The position numbers and the translations under genes were made by a program. The notes under the pieces were generated by a model. The model had not been told where the DNA came from and ran no database searches. It was given only the letters and a program-made list of their open reading frames with translations. A stretch of 64,000 nucleotides of DNA from Patescibacteria group bacterium (GTDB lineage: Bacteria > Patescibacteriota > Microgenomatia > JAMCYU01): contig JAMCYU010000004.1 in the NCBI GenBank assembly GCA_023473585.1, forward strand, positions 133,748 to 197,747. Reading direction: 5' to 3'. Of this stretch, positions 30,190 to 39,740 are shown one piece after another. Numbering within the stretch: position 1 is the first letter of the stretch; each line of letters starts with the position of its first letter.

Positions 30190-31400
30190 CTTGCTTTATC
30201 CAATCTGTAAATTGCAAAAGCTAAAACTAAAAGAGCCAGAAAAAGGATAACGACCCTGATGCCGAAAAGATCAGCGGCTAAACCGGTGAAAATGGCGGGT
30301 AAAATGGCCGCGCCGCCGACAAAAGCGGTCACAAAACCATAAACCCGACCCTGAAGGGCCGAAGGTGTATATTCCTGCAGCATCGTGCTGGAGGGAACCG
30401 TCACGAAAGCCGTGAAAACGCCTAAAAGACCTAAGAGAAAAAGAACCACCACTAAACCGCCCAAACCCGCTAAAATGGCTAAAAGGAAAAGTAAAACGCC
30501 AGCGCAGACAATCCCGATATTAACTAATCTTTCTTTGGGAAATCTTTGGCCGAATTGCCCAACCAGCAAAGCGCCCAAAATGAGCCCTGTTCCGGCGGGC
30601 CCTAAAATGATATACGAAGCGTCGCTGACCTCAATTTTTAAAACGGTATCGGCAAAGCCGGGCGCTAAAGTCGCCAGACAAACGAATAAAGCCTGCGCCA
30701 CGGTTTGCAAAAAGATCGCCAATCCGACTTTTTTGTCTTCTTTAATAAATTTTAGGCCGCTTAAAAAATCCCGGTAAATCTTTACGGCCTCGTCTTTGTC
30801 AAATTTCATTTTGGCCTGGGCTTTTTTAACCTCACCGGGAATTTGCGAAACAAAAAAGGCCGCCAGGGCTAAAAGGGCTGACAAAAATAAAAAGACATTG
30901 TGATTGCCGAAAAACCGCAGGGCCGGCCCGGAAAAAATATAACCAATAACCATCGAGGTATAAAAAGTAAAAGTAAAAAGCGAATTGGCTGGCAATAAGA
31001 GTTCTTTAGAAATAAGCCTGGGAATGGTCGGCGCTTCCGCCGGCACGAAAAATTGGGTGGTTATGGAAATTGCCAAAATCAAAAGATAAACCCAAAGAAG
31101 CGTTTCCGAAGAAAAGAAAAAACCCAAAATAAGAATCGTCCGCAATAAGTTGGTGACAATTAAAACGTTCCTTTTGTCCCAGGAATCAACCAAGGTTCCG
31201 GCCAAAATACCGACGACAACCGCCGGTAAACCCAGCGTTAAAATCAAAAGGGAAACCGCGGTATTGGAAACGGTGGTTTGATAAATTCGTAAAACCAAAA
31301 CAAAAGTTAACATGTTTGTCGCCACTTGAGAAGTTATCTGACCCAGCCAAAGATTACGGAAGTGTTTATTGTTGATAACGCTTAAAATTGGTGAATTCAT
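30177..31400 (-). CDS. MFS transporter
   Basis: Twelve TM helices; N-terminus NKHFRNLWLGQITSQVATNMLTFVL is typical of MFS. Confidence 0.8.
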   Translation of the reverse strand: MNSPILSVINNKHFRNLWLGQITSQVATNMLTFVLVLRIYQTTVSNTAVSLLILTLGLPAVVVGILAGTLVDSWDKRNVLIVTNLLRTILILGFFFSSETLLWVYLLILAISITTQFFVPAEAPTIPRLISKELLLPANSLFTFTFYTSMVIGYIFSGPALRFFGNHNVFLFLSALLALAAFFVSQIPGEVKKAQAKMKFDKDEAVKIYRDFLSGLKFIKEDKKVGLAIFLQTVAQALFVCLATLAPGFADTVLKIEVSDASYIILGPAGTGLILGALLVGQFGQRFPKERLVNIGIVCAGVLLFLLAILAGLGGLVVVLFLLGLLGVFTAFVTVPSSTMLQEYTPSALQGRVYGFVTAFVGGAAILPAIFTGLAADLFGIRVVILFLALLVLAFAIYRLDKARYNE

Positions 31401-31434
31401 ATGGGGTTGACAACCTATGGTAAACTTCCTGTAT

Positions 31435-31482
31435 ATTGATTATATCAAAGATTTCTTTGATTAATTCGTTCGCTCATTATAT
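31435..31482 (-). promoter_or_regulatory. Shared promoter/operator motif upstream of the MFS gene (copy 2)
   Basis: The reverse strand reads CATATAATGAGCGAACGAATTAATCAAAGAAATCTTTGATATAATCAAT, with -10 TATAAT, the GATTAATC palindrome and a second TGATATAAT. Confidence 0.45.
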
Positions 31483-31494
31483 GATAGATCTTAT

Positions 31495-31935
31495 ATGACA
31501 GCAACCAGTCATTCATTAGCGGGCGCTTCCCTGGCTAAATTAATCCCTAATCCTTATCTGGCGATACCGCTGGCCTTATTTTCTAATTTTGCCCTGGATT
31601 TTATCCCTCATTGGGATACGGGAACGGGCTGGCACCACCGGCCGAAAATCATCACTTTTCTGATAACCGGCCTTGATGTCTTTGTGGGACTTGTTTTAAG
31701 CTGGTGGCTTTTTTCCTCAACCGTCAATCCCCTTTATCTTTTAATCGTTATTTTTGCCGCAACTTTACCTGACTGGATTGAGGCGCCTTATATTTTCTTA
31801 AACTGGGATTTTCCGCCCTTTAACTGGCTTTATCGAGTTCAATCAAGGTTTCACGGCCGGGATGGAACAATTCGGGGCGTCGTAACGCAGGTCGTCGTGA
31901 TTTTACCTCTCGTCTGGCTCGCTTTGTCAAGATAA
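31495..31935 (+). CDS. Hypothetical membrane protein
   Basis: Three to four hydrophobic helices; no recognisable motif. Confidence 0.4.
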   Translation: MTATSHSLAGASLAKLIPNPYLAIPLALFSNFALDFIPHWDTGTGWHHRPKIITFLITGLDVFVGLVLSWWLFSSTVNPLYLLIVIFAATLPDWIEAPYIFLNWDFPPFNWLYRVQSRFHGRDGTIRGVVTQVVVILPLVWLALSR

Positions 31936-31960
31936 ACAAGGCTTTTACTTCGTAAAAGAA

Positions 31961-32524
31961 CTATTTCATTACTCTTTCTTCGTATTCTCCCGTTCTCGTA
32001 TCTACTAAAATCCGATCACCTAACTTGACAAAAAGAGGGACTTTAATTTTTAACCCATTAGAAAGGACGGCGTCTTTAAAAATGTTCGTCGCCGAATTGC
32101 CCCTGATCCCCGGTTCGGTTTCGGCAACGGTAAACTCCATTTTAATCGGTAATTCTAAGGTTAAAGGCTCCTCCTGATGAAAAAGAATTTTGACGGTCAT
32201 GCCTTCCTGAAGATAAGGGGCGCTGTCTGCAATTTTTTCGGCCGAAAGCTCAATCTGTTCAAACGTTTGCGGATCCATAAAAACGAAATTGGTCGCTTTG
32301 TAAAGATATTGCATTTCTTTTTTGGCAAGCGACGCTTCTTCAACTTTAGCCCCGGAAATAAAGGATTTCTCCGTGGTTGCCCCCGACTTTAAGTTTTTGA
32401 CTTTAACCCGAATTGTCGCTGTGCCACGACCCATTTTGACATGTTCATAGGTCAAGACCAAAAAAAGATCTTTACCGTCAGTAAAACAAGCACCGGTGCG
32501 TAAATTAGTAACCGGAATCATCAT
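31961..32524 (-). CDS. efp: Elongation factor P
   Basis: KMGRGTATIRVKVKNLKSGATTEKSF matches the EF-P KOW/OB domains. The stop codon is TAG. Confidence 0.9.
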   Translation of the reverse strand: MMIPVTNLRTGACFTDGKDLFLVLTYEHVKMGRGTATIRVKVKNLKSGATTEKSFISGAKVEEASLAKKEMQYLYKATNFVFMDPQTFEQIELSAEKIADSAPYLQEGMTVKILFHQEEPLTLELPIKMEFTVAETEPGIRGNSATNIFKDAVLSNGLKIKVPLFVKLGDRILVDTRTGEYEERVMK

Positions 32525-34002
32525 GCCTCCAAAAAATTTAAAATCGTGCGAACGGCAAAGCCCGTTCCGCCCCGAGGCAAAAGATCAGTCCCTTTCTCCT
32601 GCCAGGCCGGACCGGCGATGTCTAAATGGGCCCATGGCGTTTTGGAAATAAATTCCTGTAAAAAAAGCGCGGCCGTGATGGCGCCGCCAACGTGTCTGCC
32701 GGTGACATTTTTTAAATCGGCGGTTTCCGATTTTAAAAGCTCCCGATAGGTTTTTTCAAGCGGCATCGGCCAGAATTTTTCGCCGACCGCCTCGCCCGCT
32801 TGGCTTATTTCTTTGACTAATTTTTGCTCGTCGGAAAAGATGCCGGCAATGTCCTCGCCCAAAGCGACCAGACAAGCTCCGGTCAGGGTGGCGATGTCCA
32901 AAATAAGGTCGGGTTTTAAGGTTTCACCAAAAGCCAGGGCGTCGGCCAAAATCAGCCGGCCCTCGGCATCGGTATTGACAACCTCGATGGTTTTGCCGTT
33001 ATAGGCTTTAACAATATCACCGGGCTTAATCGCTTTGCCGGAGGGCATATTTTCGGTCACGGGCATTAAACCGATAATATGAACTCGGGGTTTAATTTTT
33101 TCCAAAACCGAAAAAACGGCCAAAATCGCGGCCGCTCCGGCCATGTCCATTTTCATCGTTTCCATCTCGTTTTGTTTTTTCAAGGACAAACCGCCGGTGT
33201 CAAAAGTGATGCCCTTGCCGACCAAAACGATTTTCCTCGCCCGCCGAAGCCTTGGCGAAGGCGGGTTGTATTCCAGTCTAATTAATTTAGGAGGCTCATC
33301 AGAGCCTTGGGCCACGCCCAAAAGGGCTCCCATGCCTAATTTCTTTAAATCCTCCTTTTCGTAAATTTTGCAAAGAAATTTGCTGTTTTTGCCGATTTTT
33401 TCCGCTAAAGAAGCCAAATAGGTCGGCGTCGTCACCGAGGAAGGTTCGTTAACCAAGTCTCGGGCGAAAATTGTCGCCTGACTCAAAATTTCGCCCCTGG
33501 TTAACTTCTCTCTTAAAGACACCAATTCCCGGGCGTCTTTGACCAAAATAACGATTTCTTTTTCCGTTTCTTTTTCTTTTGAAGGCCCAACCGACTTGTA
33601 TTTCCCAAACTGGTAACTTCCCAACGTTATTCCTTCAACTAAGGCCTGTACAAATTCAAAATCAGCCTGATTAGCGAAACCCAGACTCTCGATCCCCTCT
33701 TCCTTAAGTTTCTTGGCTAAGGCGGCAAACACCTGACGGGCTTTTAAGGCATTAAAATCGGCTTTTTTACCTAAACCGAGAAGAATGACTTTTTCGGCGA
33801 AAAGTTTTTTGTATGAAGGAACAATAAGAAATTTGCCCGTTTCGGCCTTAAACTGACGGCGAAGAGTTTCTTTTTTTAAAAAACCTCCCAAAACCCGGTC
33901 GATTTGGTCGGCATAAGGAGTAAAACCTTCTTCCCAAACAAAAAGAGCGATCGCTTCGGTTTGGGCTTGCTCAAGACTCCCGATCTTAAGAGTAAATTTC
34001 AT
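32521..34002 (-). CDS. pepA: Leucyl aminopeptidase (M17)
   Basis: NTDAEGRLILADAL and the catalytic Lys/Arg region. The gene ends with TGA, showing that TGA is a stop codon here. Confidence 0.9.
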   Translation of the reverse strand: MKFTLKIGSLEQAQTEAIALFVWEEGFTPYADQIDRVLGGFLKKETLRRQFKAETGKFLIVPSYKKLFAEKVILLGLGKKADFNALKARQVFAALAKKLKEEGIESLGFANQADFEFVQALVEGITLGSYQFGKYKSVGPSKEKETEKEIVILVKDARELVSLREKLTRGEILSQATIFARDLVNEPSSVTTPTYLASLAEKIGKNSKFLCKIYEKEDLKKLGMGALLGVAQGSDEPPKLIRLEYNPPSPRLRRARKIVLVGKGITFDTGGLSLKKQNEMETMKMDMAGAAAILAVFSVLEKIKPRVHIIGLMPVTENMPSGKAIKPGDIVKAYNGKTIEVVNTDAEGRLILADALAFGETLKPDLILDIATLTGACLVALGEDIAGIFSDEQKLVKEISQAGEAVGEKFWPMPLEKTYRELLKSETADLKNVTGRHVGGAITAALFLQEFISKTPWAHLDIAGPAWQEKGTDLLPRGGTGFAVRTILNFLEA

Positions 34003-34068
34003 AAGAGGCTTAATTCTAACAAAAAAAGGTAGACTTTACAAGCCGGGCTATGCTAAAATAACGCTTAA

Positions 34069-34155
34069 GCCAAGGTGGTGAAACGGTAAACACGCAGGTC
34101 TCAAAAACCTGTGCCCGCTTAAACGGGCTTGGGGGTTCGACTCCCCCTCTTGGCA
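34069..34155 (+). tRNA. tRNA-Leu (anticodon CAA), type II with long variable arm
   Basis: Acceptor stem GCCAAGG/TCTTGGC (7 bp, one G-U). Anticodon stem CAGGT/ACCTG with loop CTCAAAA (anticodon CAA). Variable-arm hairpin GCCCGCTTAAACGGGC. T-arm GGGGGTTCGACTCCCCC. Discriminator A, then CC. Confidence 0.85.
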
Positions 34156-34191
34156 CCGATGCCCATTCGTAGACTTTCGGCCAAAAACTTT

Positions 34192-35133
34192 ATGAAAATG
34201 CAGATTATTCCCTATATGGGAAATTGTGCCTATTGCTATGCCAATTCCGTCTCAATGTTGTTAGCTTCTATCGGTGAGCAAATTCCTCCATCCACTATTG
34301 AAGTTCTCTCCGGTGTTGGATTAGGCGCTTGTCTTTTAAAAGGTACTAATCTTTTATTCTTTGGTTGGGAGATACCGGATAATGGAATCGATAACGCCTT
34401 AAAGCTATTAGGATTTAGTTGTAAGGCAGAAAAGATTCCAAAGACAGAACCTGCTCCTTTGGAAACACTAAGAAAAGATTTACAGAAAAGTCCTGTCGTT
34501 CTTGGCCCTCTTGATATGGGCTATCTTGTTTACAATCCGCTTCACCGGTCGCTGGGTGGCGCTGACCACTTTATTGTCTCTTACTCTATGGACAATAACG
34601 AAATCAGAATCCATGACCCAGCAGGATTCCCGTGCGTATCGCTATCTCTAGATAAGTTAAAAGTTGCTTGGAAAGCAGAAAGAGTCGATTATAGTAAACA
34701 GTATTATCGATATTGGACAGCTCCTAAACGCATTGATAATCCGACAGAAGAAGATATTTACAAATCGGCCGTTAAAATGTTTCAATTTCTCTATAATCAC
34801 AGCCAACAAAAATCTGAAAAGGAAGGTTGGATAATCAGTAAAGAAGCGATTATTTCCTTCGCTAATCGACTGAAAGATAGAAAAGCTACCAAAGACGAGA
34901 TAGAACAGCTTACATGCTTTGTTCTTGCCCTAGGGGCCAAAAGAGCACTTGACTACGCTAATTTCTTTGATTCTTATGACGTTGAATTAGCAAATCTGAA
35001 AATAAAACAGGCAGATTTATTTGGCAAAGCCCATTCTTTAGCTGTTAGAAAAGATTGGAATGCGACCGTTGATACCCTACAACAACTAGCAGAAATTGAA
35101 GAAAACTTTCGTCTTACACTTCTGAAGAAATAA
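34192..35133 (+). CDS. Hypothetical protein, possibly papain-like (BtrH-N/DUF4872-like) fold
   Basis: Start MKMQIIPYMGNCAYCYANSVSM with a candidate Cys nucleophile, and later His/Asp (GGADHFIVSY). About 38% GC, lower than its surroundings. The listed ORF start 34129 overlaps the tRNA and is unlikely. Confidence 0.35.
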   Translation: MKMQIIPYMGNCAYCYANSVSMLLASIGEQIPPSTIEVLSGVGLGACLLKGTNLLFFGWEIPDNGIDNALKLLGFSCKAEKIPKTEPAPLETLRKDLQKSPVVLGPLDMGYLVYNPLHRSLGGADHFIVSYSMDNNEIRIHDPAGFPCVSLSLDKLKVAWKAERVDYSKQYYRYWTAPKRIDNPTEEDIYKSAVKMFQFLYNHSQQKSEKEGWIISKEAIISFANRLKDRKATKDEIEQLTCFVLALGAKRALDYANFFDSYDVELANLKIKQADLFGKAHSLAVRKDWNATVDTLQQLAEIEENFRLTLLKK

Positions 35134-35491
35134 ACTAGGCTGGATTGGCAACCCCGCGCAGGATAAAACTATTGTTGAGAACTTGATGCTTCGACTCTGC
35201 CCAGCATCATCTTGAGTAAGATCGAAGGATGACTGGGTAAATTACCTTGAATACCCGGAGCTTACTACTAAAGAAATAAACAAGTTTTTACAACTTGGTG
35301 TCTAACTACCAACTGATGGGTTTAGTAGAACAGGTGTTTTAAAAAGCAAATGTAAAATCAATAAAAACAACGAAAAGATGAGGCTAATCACAAAGATATT
35401 TTCTATCCTATCTGCATTAAGTCTAAGGAGTTTTAGAACTTTATGTTCAAGTTTCTTTTTATACGCATCCTCTTGTTTCTCTAAATTGGGC

Positions 35492-35911
35492 TCAATGACC
35501 TCTCTCTGTTTTCACTGTTTCATCTTCCCAAAGTTCCCTCGTCCACCAATGATTTTTTAACTCTTGATAGTAATTCCATTCGTGAGACTGATAATTAGCT
35601 TGAATCGAGATGTTTTGTCTCCAGACTCCAAAAATCAAACTTACGAGAATTAAACAAACAGCTGATATAAGCCAAATAGTAATCTGTTGAGAATTTGTAA
35701 AGATAATAACTGCACCAAAAATAACTCCTTCAAGGGTAATAAGCTGTGATATGTAGGAATTGTGCATCTCTGCAAGAAGGTCGTATTTCTCAAAATGTCG
35801 CTCCATGAATTGTTTATGCCTAACCATCTCCTGTTCAACCATTGTCTTATTAATCGGATCAAGACGCTCCTTCAAGAACTTGTCCAAATCGACCTTTAGA
35901 TTAGTGTCCAT
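35492..35911 (-). CDS. Hypothetical small membrane protein
   Basis: Two TM helices (GVIFGAVIIF, IWLISAVCLILVSLIFGVW); low GC. Confidence 0.4.
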   Translation of the reverse strand: MDTNLKVDLDKFLKERLDPINKTMVEQEMVRHKQFMERHFEKYDLLAEMHNSYISQLITLEGVIFGAVIIFTNSQQITIWLISAVCLILVSLIFGVWRQNISIQANYQSHEWNYYQELKNHWWTRELWEDETVKTERGH

Positions 35912-36368
35912 CTTTCTGCTCCCAACTTTTAATCAACTCAAGCATTTCTTGTTCAAAATCGGGTAAGTATTCAATTTCAACCTGTCGATTGTTTTCTTTG
36001 TTTACTTTATAAATATCTGTCATACCTTCATAATATCCTTTTTTAGCCATCTCTTCGGTCTTTTTACAACCAAACACTATTCTTGTAATTCCAGCCCAAT
36101 TCGCAACACTAAAACACATTAAACATGGTTGTAGAGAAGCATAAAGAGTAGCGCTTGTTAAATCTGTTGTTTGTAATTTTCTACACGCTTCCCTGATGGA
36201 AGAAGTTTCCGCATGGCTGGTAGGATCATTCAGTTTAAACCCTAAACTAACACCTTCGGCAATAATTTCGTTATTTTTAACAATTATCGCACCGGCGGGA
36301 AACCCACTTTCTTCAACTGATTTCTTAGCTTGTTCTACGGCTAGTTTCAAATATTCTTTATCATCCAT
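35901..36368 (-). CDS. CMP/dCMP-type zinc deaminase, TadA-like
   Basis: HAETSSIREA...PCLMCFSVANWAGITRIVFG is the H(A)E...PCxxC zinc-binding signature. The start is MDDKEYLKLAVEQAKKS at 36368, directly after the dnaB stop. Confidence 0.75.
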   Translation of the reverse strand: MDDKEYLKLAVEQAKKSVEESGFPAGAIIVKNNEIIAEGVSLGFKLNDPTSHAETSSIREACRKLQTTDLTSATLYASLQPCLMCFSVANWAGITRIVFGCKKTEEMAKKGYYEGMTDIYKVNKENNRQVEIEYLPDFEQEMLELIKSWEQKDGH

Positions 36369-36375
36369 AATTTTC

Positions 36376-37722
36376 TTAGCTTTCTTTTTCTCTCTTCTTC
36401 TCAACTCCGTAGAATCTAATGCGGTCGCCGCGGAACAGAAGATCAATTTCCGCCAAGGGCCCGTTTCGGTGTTTGGCAATTAAAAGTTTGGTTAAAATCT
36501 GCTCGCCCCACTTTTCCGGTTCTTCTTCCCGATATAAAAACATGACGACGTCGGCATCCTGTTCAATCGCCCCCGACTCCCGAAGATCGGCCAACTGCGG
36601 CACCCTGGTTCCCCGTGATTCAACCGCCCGGGAAAGCTGGGAAACGGCCAGAACCGGCACTTTAAGTTCACGGGCTAAGTTTTTTAAAGCCGCCGAGATT
36701 AAGGAAACCTCCTGCACCCGGTTATCAAACCTTCTCCCTGAATCAATAAGCTGCAGATAATCAACAACCAGAAGCTGAACATTTTGTTGAACCTGGAGTC
36801 TTCTGGCTTTGGTTCTGATCTCCAAAATATTGGCGCCCGGCGTATCGTCAATGTACAAAGGCGCTTCCGCCAATTGTCCCATGGCTTCTGACAATTTGCC
36901 AAAATCCTCATCCGTCAATTTTCCGGTTTTAAGCTTCCAGGCATCAACGTCAGCCTGAGCGACCAGTAAACGATCAACCAACTCTTCCTTGCTCATTTCC
37001 AGCGAAAAAATACCGATGGGAATTTTTAAATCAACGGTTATGTGCTGGGCAATATTTAAAACGAAAGCCGTTTTTCCCTGACCGGGACGGGCGGCCAAAA
37101 TCAAAAGATTAGAAGGCTGCATGCCGGCCAAGCGGTTATCCAGATCGTTAAAACCCGTCGGCACGCCCCGCATCCCTCCGGCTTTTTTATGAAGTTCATC
37201 CAGCCGATCAAAAGATTCGGCCAAGGCGTCTTTAACCGGCATAAAATCTCTCTTGGCGTGAAACTGGGCAATGGAAAAAATTCCGGCTTCGGCCTGATCC
37301 AGAATTTTCCTGACTTCCCCTTCCTGGTTAAAAGCTTCTTGGGTAATTTGCGCGGCGGTTGAGATTAAACTTCTTCGCGTGTAATGATCCTGAACAATCC
37401 GTCCGTAATTTTCCGCGTGCGCCGAAGTCGGCACCACGTTTAAAAGTTCGGTTAAGTAAGAAGTGCCGCCGATTTTCTCAAAATGACCGTGTTTTTTAAG
37501 CTCCGCCGTCACGGTCACAATGTCAATCGGTTCGTGGGTCTCAAAAAGAGACAAAATGGCCGTATAAATGAGACTGTTGGCGTCTTTATAAAAATGCTCG
37601 GGCCGTAAGAATTCAACAACGTCAACCACCGCGTCTTTATCAATTAAAAGCGCGCCCAAAATTGACAGTTCGGCCTGTTCATCATGAGGTGGAACTTTGA
37701 TATCAGCCATATTTTTAGGCAA
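36376..37722 (-). CDS. dnaB: Replicative DNA helicase DnaB
   Basis: N-terminal ELSILGALLID, Walker A GARPGQGKTAF and RecA-like motifs. Confidence 0.95.
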   Translation of the reverse strand: MPKNMADIKVPPHDEQAELSILGALLIDKDAVVDVVEFLRPEHFYKDANSLIYTAILSLFETHEPIDIVTVTAELKKHGHFEKIGGTSYLTELLNVVPTSAHAENYGRIVQDHYTRRSLISTAAQITQEAFNQEGEVRKILDQAEAGIFSIAQFHAKRDFMPVKDALAESFDRLDELHKKAGGMRGVPTGFNDLDNRLAGMQPSNLLILAARPGQGKTAFVLNIAQHITVDLKIPIGIFSLEMSKEELVDRLLVAQADVDAWKLKTGKLTDEDFGKLSEAMGQLAEAPLYIDDTPGANILEIRTKARRLQVQQNVQLLVVDYLQLIDSGRRFDNRVQEVSLISAALKNLARELKVPVLAVSQLSRAVESRGTRVPQLADLRESGAIEQDADVVMFLYREEEPEKWGEQILTKLLIAKHRNGPLAEIDLLFRGDRIRFYGVEKKREKES

Positions 37723-38347
37723 GAACGACGACTTCCAGCTCGTCGGGTAATTTATCTTTGGTGACTATCAATTTGGGTTGAGGTTTGACTTCTTCTTTAC
37801 CCATCTCTTCTAAGAATTTGTCAACCGGCGAAAGGTCAATTTTTAAACCCGGAAGACCGTAGTGCATGGGGATAACAATTTTCGCTTCAAACTGAGCCAC
37901 AACCTCCGAAGCGTTATGAGCGTCTAAACTAAAGGTGCCGCCTACCGGCACAAAAATAATATCCACCCCGTTTAAAGTTTCGATTTGTTCGGTCGTTAAC
38001 TTTCCTCCCAAATCGCCTAAATGCGCCAGGATCAGTCCGTCCATTTGAATTTGATAAATCGTATTTTTACCAAATTTCGCCCCTTTTTCGTTGTCATGAT
38101 AAGTTTGGATCCCGACAATTTTGGTTCCCCCAACCTCGTATTCTCCGGCTCCGGAAAAAATCCGTGGCTGACCGCCGACTAAACGAGCCTGATTGTGATC
38201 CTCGTGATTATGAGAAATCGTGACGATATCGGCCTCGACTTTGGGGAATTTTAAACCTACCATCTCGGGCAAAAAAGGATCGGTCACTAAAGTCAGACTC
38301 TTGCCGCGAATTTTAAAGGAAGAATGACCAAGATGCGTTATTTCCAT
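37715..38347 (-). CDS. MBL-fold metal-dependent hydrolase (UPF0173-like)
   Basis: MEITHLGHSSFKI...HNHEDHNQ is the beta-lactamase-fold His motif. The probable start is the Met at 38347. Confidence 0.6.
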   Translation of the reverse strand: MEITHLGHSSFKIRGKSLTLVTDPFLPEMVGLKFPKVEADIVTISHNHEDHNQARLVGGQPRIFSGAGEYEVGGTKIVGIQTYHDNEKGAKFGKNTIYQIQMDGLILAHLGDLGGKLTTEQIETLNGVDIIFVPVGGTFSLDAHNASEVVAQFEAKIVIPMHYGLPGLKIDLSPVDKFLEEMGKEEVKPQPKLIVTKDKLPDELEVVVLA

Positions 38348-38380
38348 ATGTCCATACATAAATATCATAAAATCCCCTGC

Positions 38381-38410
38381 TTGACAAGAGGAAAAAGATT
38401 GAGTTAAAAT
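38381..38410 (+). promoter_or_regulatory. Sigma70-like promoter for the 38417 gene (leaderless or very short leader)
   Basis: TTGACA (38381-38386), 18-nt spacer, TAAAAT (38405-38410), then ATG at 38417. Confidence 0.45.
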
Positions 38411-38416
38411 GACGCC

Positions 38417-38848
38417 ATGAATCTTGGTCGAGAGACAATTTTAGCTGCCGTTGCCGGCTTAGGCGTTGGTCTTTTGGCTGCCTGGGCTGTTTGGAGCCTC
38501 CCCAATGTCCTTCCCCAAAAAAAAGCGCCAACCGAAATTACGGAAAAAGAGATTCCGGCTTCAGAAACCGCTGTTGAAGCTTTCAACTTAACCTTAAGTC
38601 AACCGGAAAACGATGCTCTCGTGGAAACAAATCAAGTTACCGTCACCGGAAAAACCTCTCAAGGAACAACCGTTGTTGTTAATGGTCCGCTTAAAGACGA
38701 AATCGTGACGGCCGGAAACGATGGTTCCTTCTCCGCCACCATGACTTTAGAAGAAGGTGCCAATGAAATTATTGTCACCGCTTACGATAAAACCGGTACG
38801 GAAAAATCAGAAACCAGAACGGTTAATTATACCAAGGAACAATTTTAA
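38417..38848 (+). CDS. Hypothetical membrane-anchored or secreted protein
   Basis: N-terminal TM segment (ILAAVAGLGVGLLAAWAVW), then a beta-rich domain. Confidence 0.4.
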   Translation: MNLGRETILAAVAGLGVGLLAAWAVWSLPNVLPQKKAPTEITEKEIPASETAVEAFNLTLSQPENDALVETNQVTVTGKTSQGTTVVVNGPLKDEIVTAGNDGSFSATMTLEEGANEIIVTAYDKTGTEKSETRTVNYTKEQF

Positions 38849-38851
38849 AAA

Positions 38852-39658
38852 ATGAAAAAAATACTCGCTTTCAGTTTGGGATTATTGGCGATTTTGGCAA
38901 TACCTGGGAAAACTTTGGCGGTCGTTTCTACCTCTTCAAGCGAGGCCAGCAAATCAAGAATTCTTCGCAATGAGCAAAAAGAACAGGTCAAGGATTTGCG
39001 AGAACGCGTCGCGACGAAAGTGGCCGAACTTAAGGAAAAAATGCGCCGGGCGTGGTCTGGCGACGTCAAATTGATTTCCGGAAAAACGATCACTTTAACG
39101 GTCAAAAACAGCGATAAAACCGTTGTGACCGATGAAAACACTTTGTTTTTTCGAATCGGCACCGGTGCCAAAAAGATAATTACTCTTGATGATTTGGATA
39201 CCGGAGAAAAAATCGTGGCTTTCGGCCAGGCAAACGAAGAAACCAGCCAAATGACCGCTAAGATAATTATCGCCAAGGTCTTGCCTTTTAATCTTAACGG
39301 TAAAGTTACCGCCGTTGACGCGAAAACGAAAACTCTGACAGTTTCTGCAAAGAAAGGTAATTTTACGGTCATGATTGATACCAACACCAAGATTCTCCTT
39401 TGGGAAAAAGGTCAGGGATTAAACAGCGCGGAGCTTAGCCAAATTAAAATCGGTGACCGGGTTCATGTCAACGGCTTAACTCCGGTCAAGTCCAACACAC
39501 AAATCACCGCCAAAAGGATTTTGGTTTTGCCGGGTAAAGCCCTGGGCATTACCGGCGAAAATACGCCCGTACCCACGGCTAGCCCAAGTAGCACCCCCAA
39601 AGCCTCGCCGACGCCAAAACCCAAGACTTCCCCGACGCCTACCCCGACAGCACAATAA
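38852..39658 (+). CDS. Hypothetical secreted protein, DUF5666-like repeats, Pro/Thr-rich C-terminus
   Basis: Signal peptide MKKILAFSLGLLAILAIPGKTLA; repeated GK.T.TV beta modules; tail TPVPTASPSSTPKASPTPKPKTSPTPTPTAQ. Confidence 0.4.
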   Translation: MKKILAFSLGLLAILAIPGKTLAVVSTSSSEASKSRILRNEQKEQVKDLRERVATKVAELKEKMRRAWSGDVKLISGKTITLTVKNSDKTVVTDENTLFFRIGTGAKKIITLDDLDTGEKIVAFGQANEETSQMTAKIIIAKVLPFNLNGKVTAVDAKTKTLTVSAKKGNFTVMIDTNTKILLWEKGQGLNSAELSQIKIGDRVHVNGLTPVKSNTQITAKRILVLPGKALGITGENTPVPTASPSSTPKASPTPKPKTSPTPTPTAQ

Positions 39659-39740
39659 GTTTATTCTCTCTTAATAAACCGTACCTCAACGAATTCCAAA
39701 AACTTTATGGTATACTTAAAGGTAGATAGGGACAAATCTT

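Noticed and set aside
32521-34002. UGA recoding (code 25) as in some CPR lineages.
   Set aside because: pepA and other genes terminate cleanly at TGA with proper downstream gene starts. No long ORF requires read-through of TGA.
34129-34191. Listed ORF start at 34129 for the BtrH-like gene.
   Set aside because: It would overlap the 3-prime half of tRNA-Leu. The in-frame ATG at 34192 (MKMQIIPYMGNCAYC) is the more plausible start.
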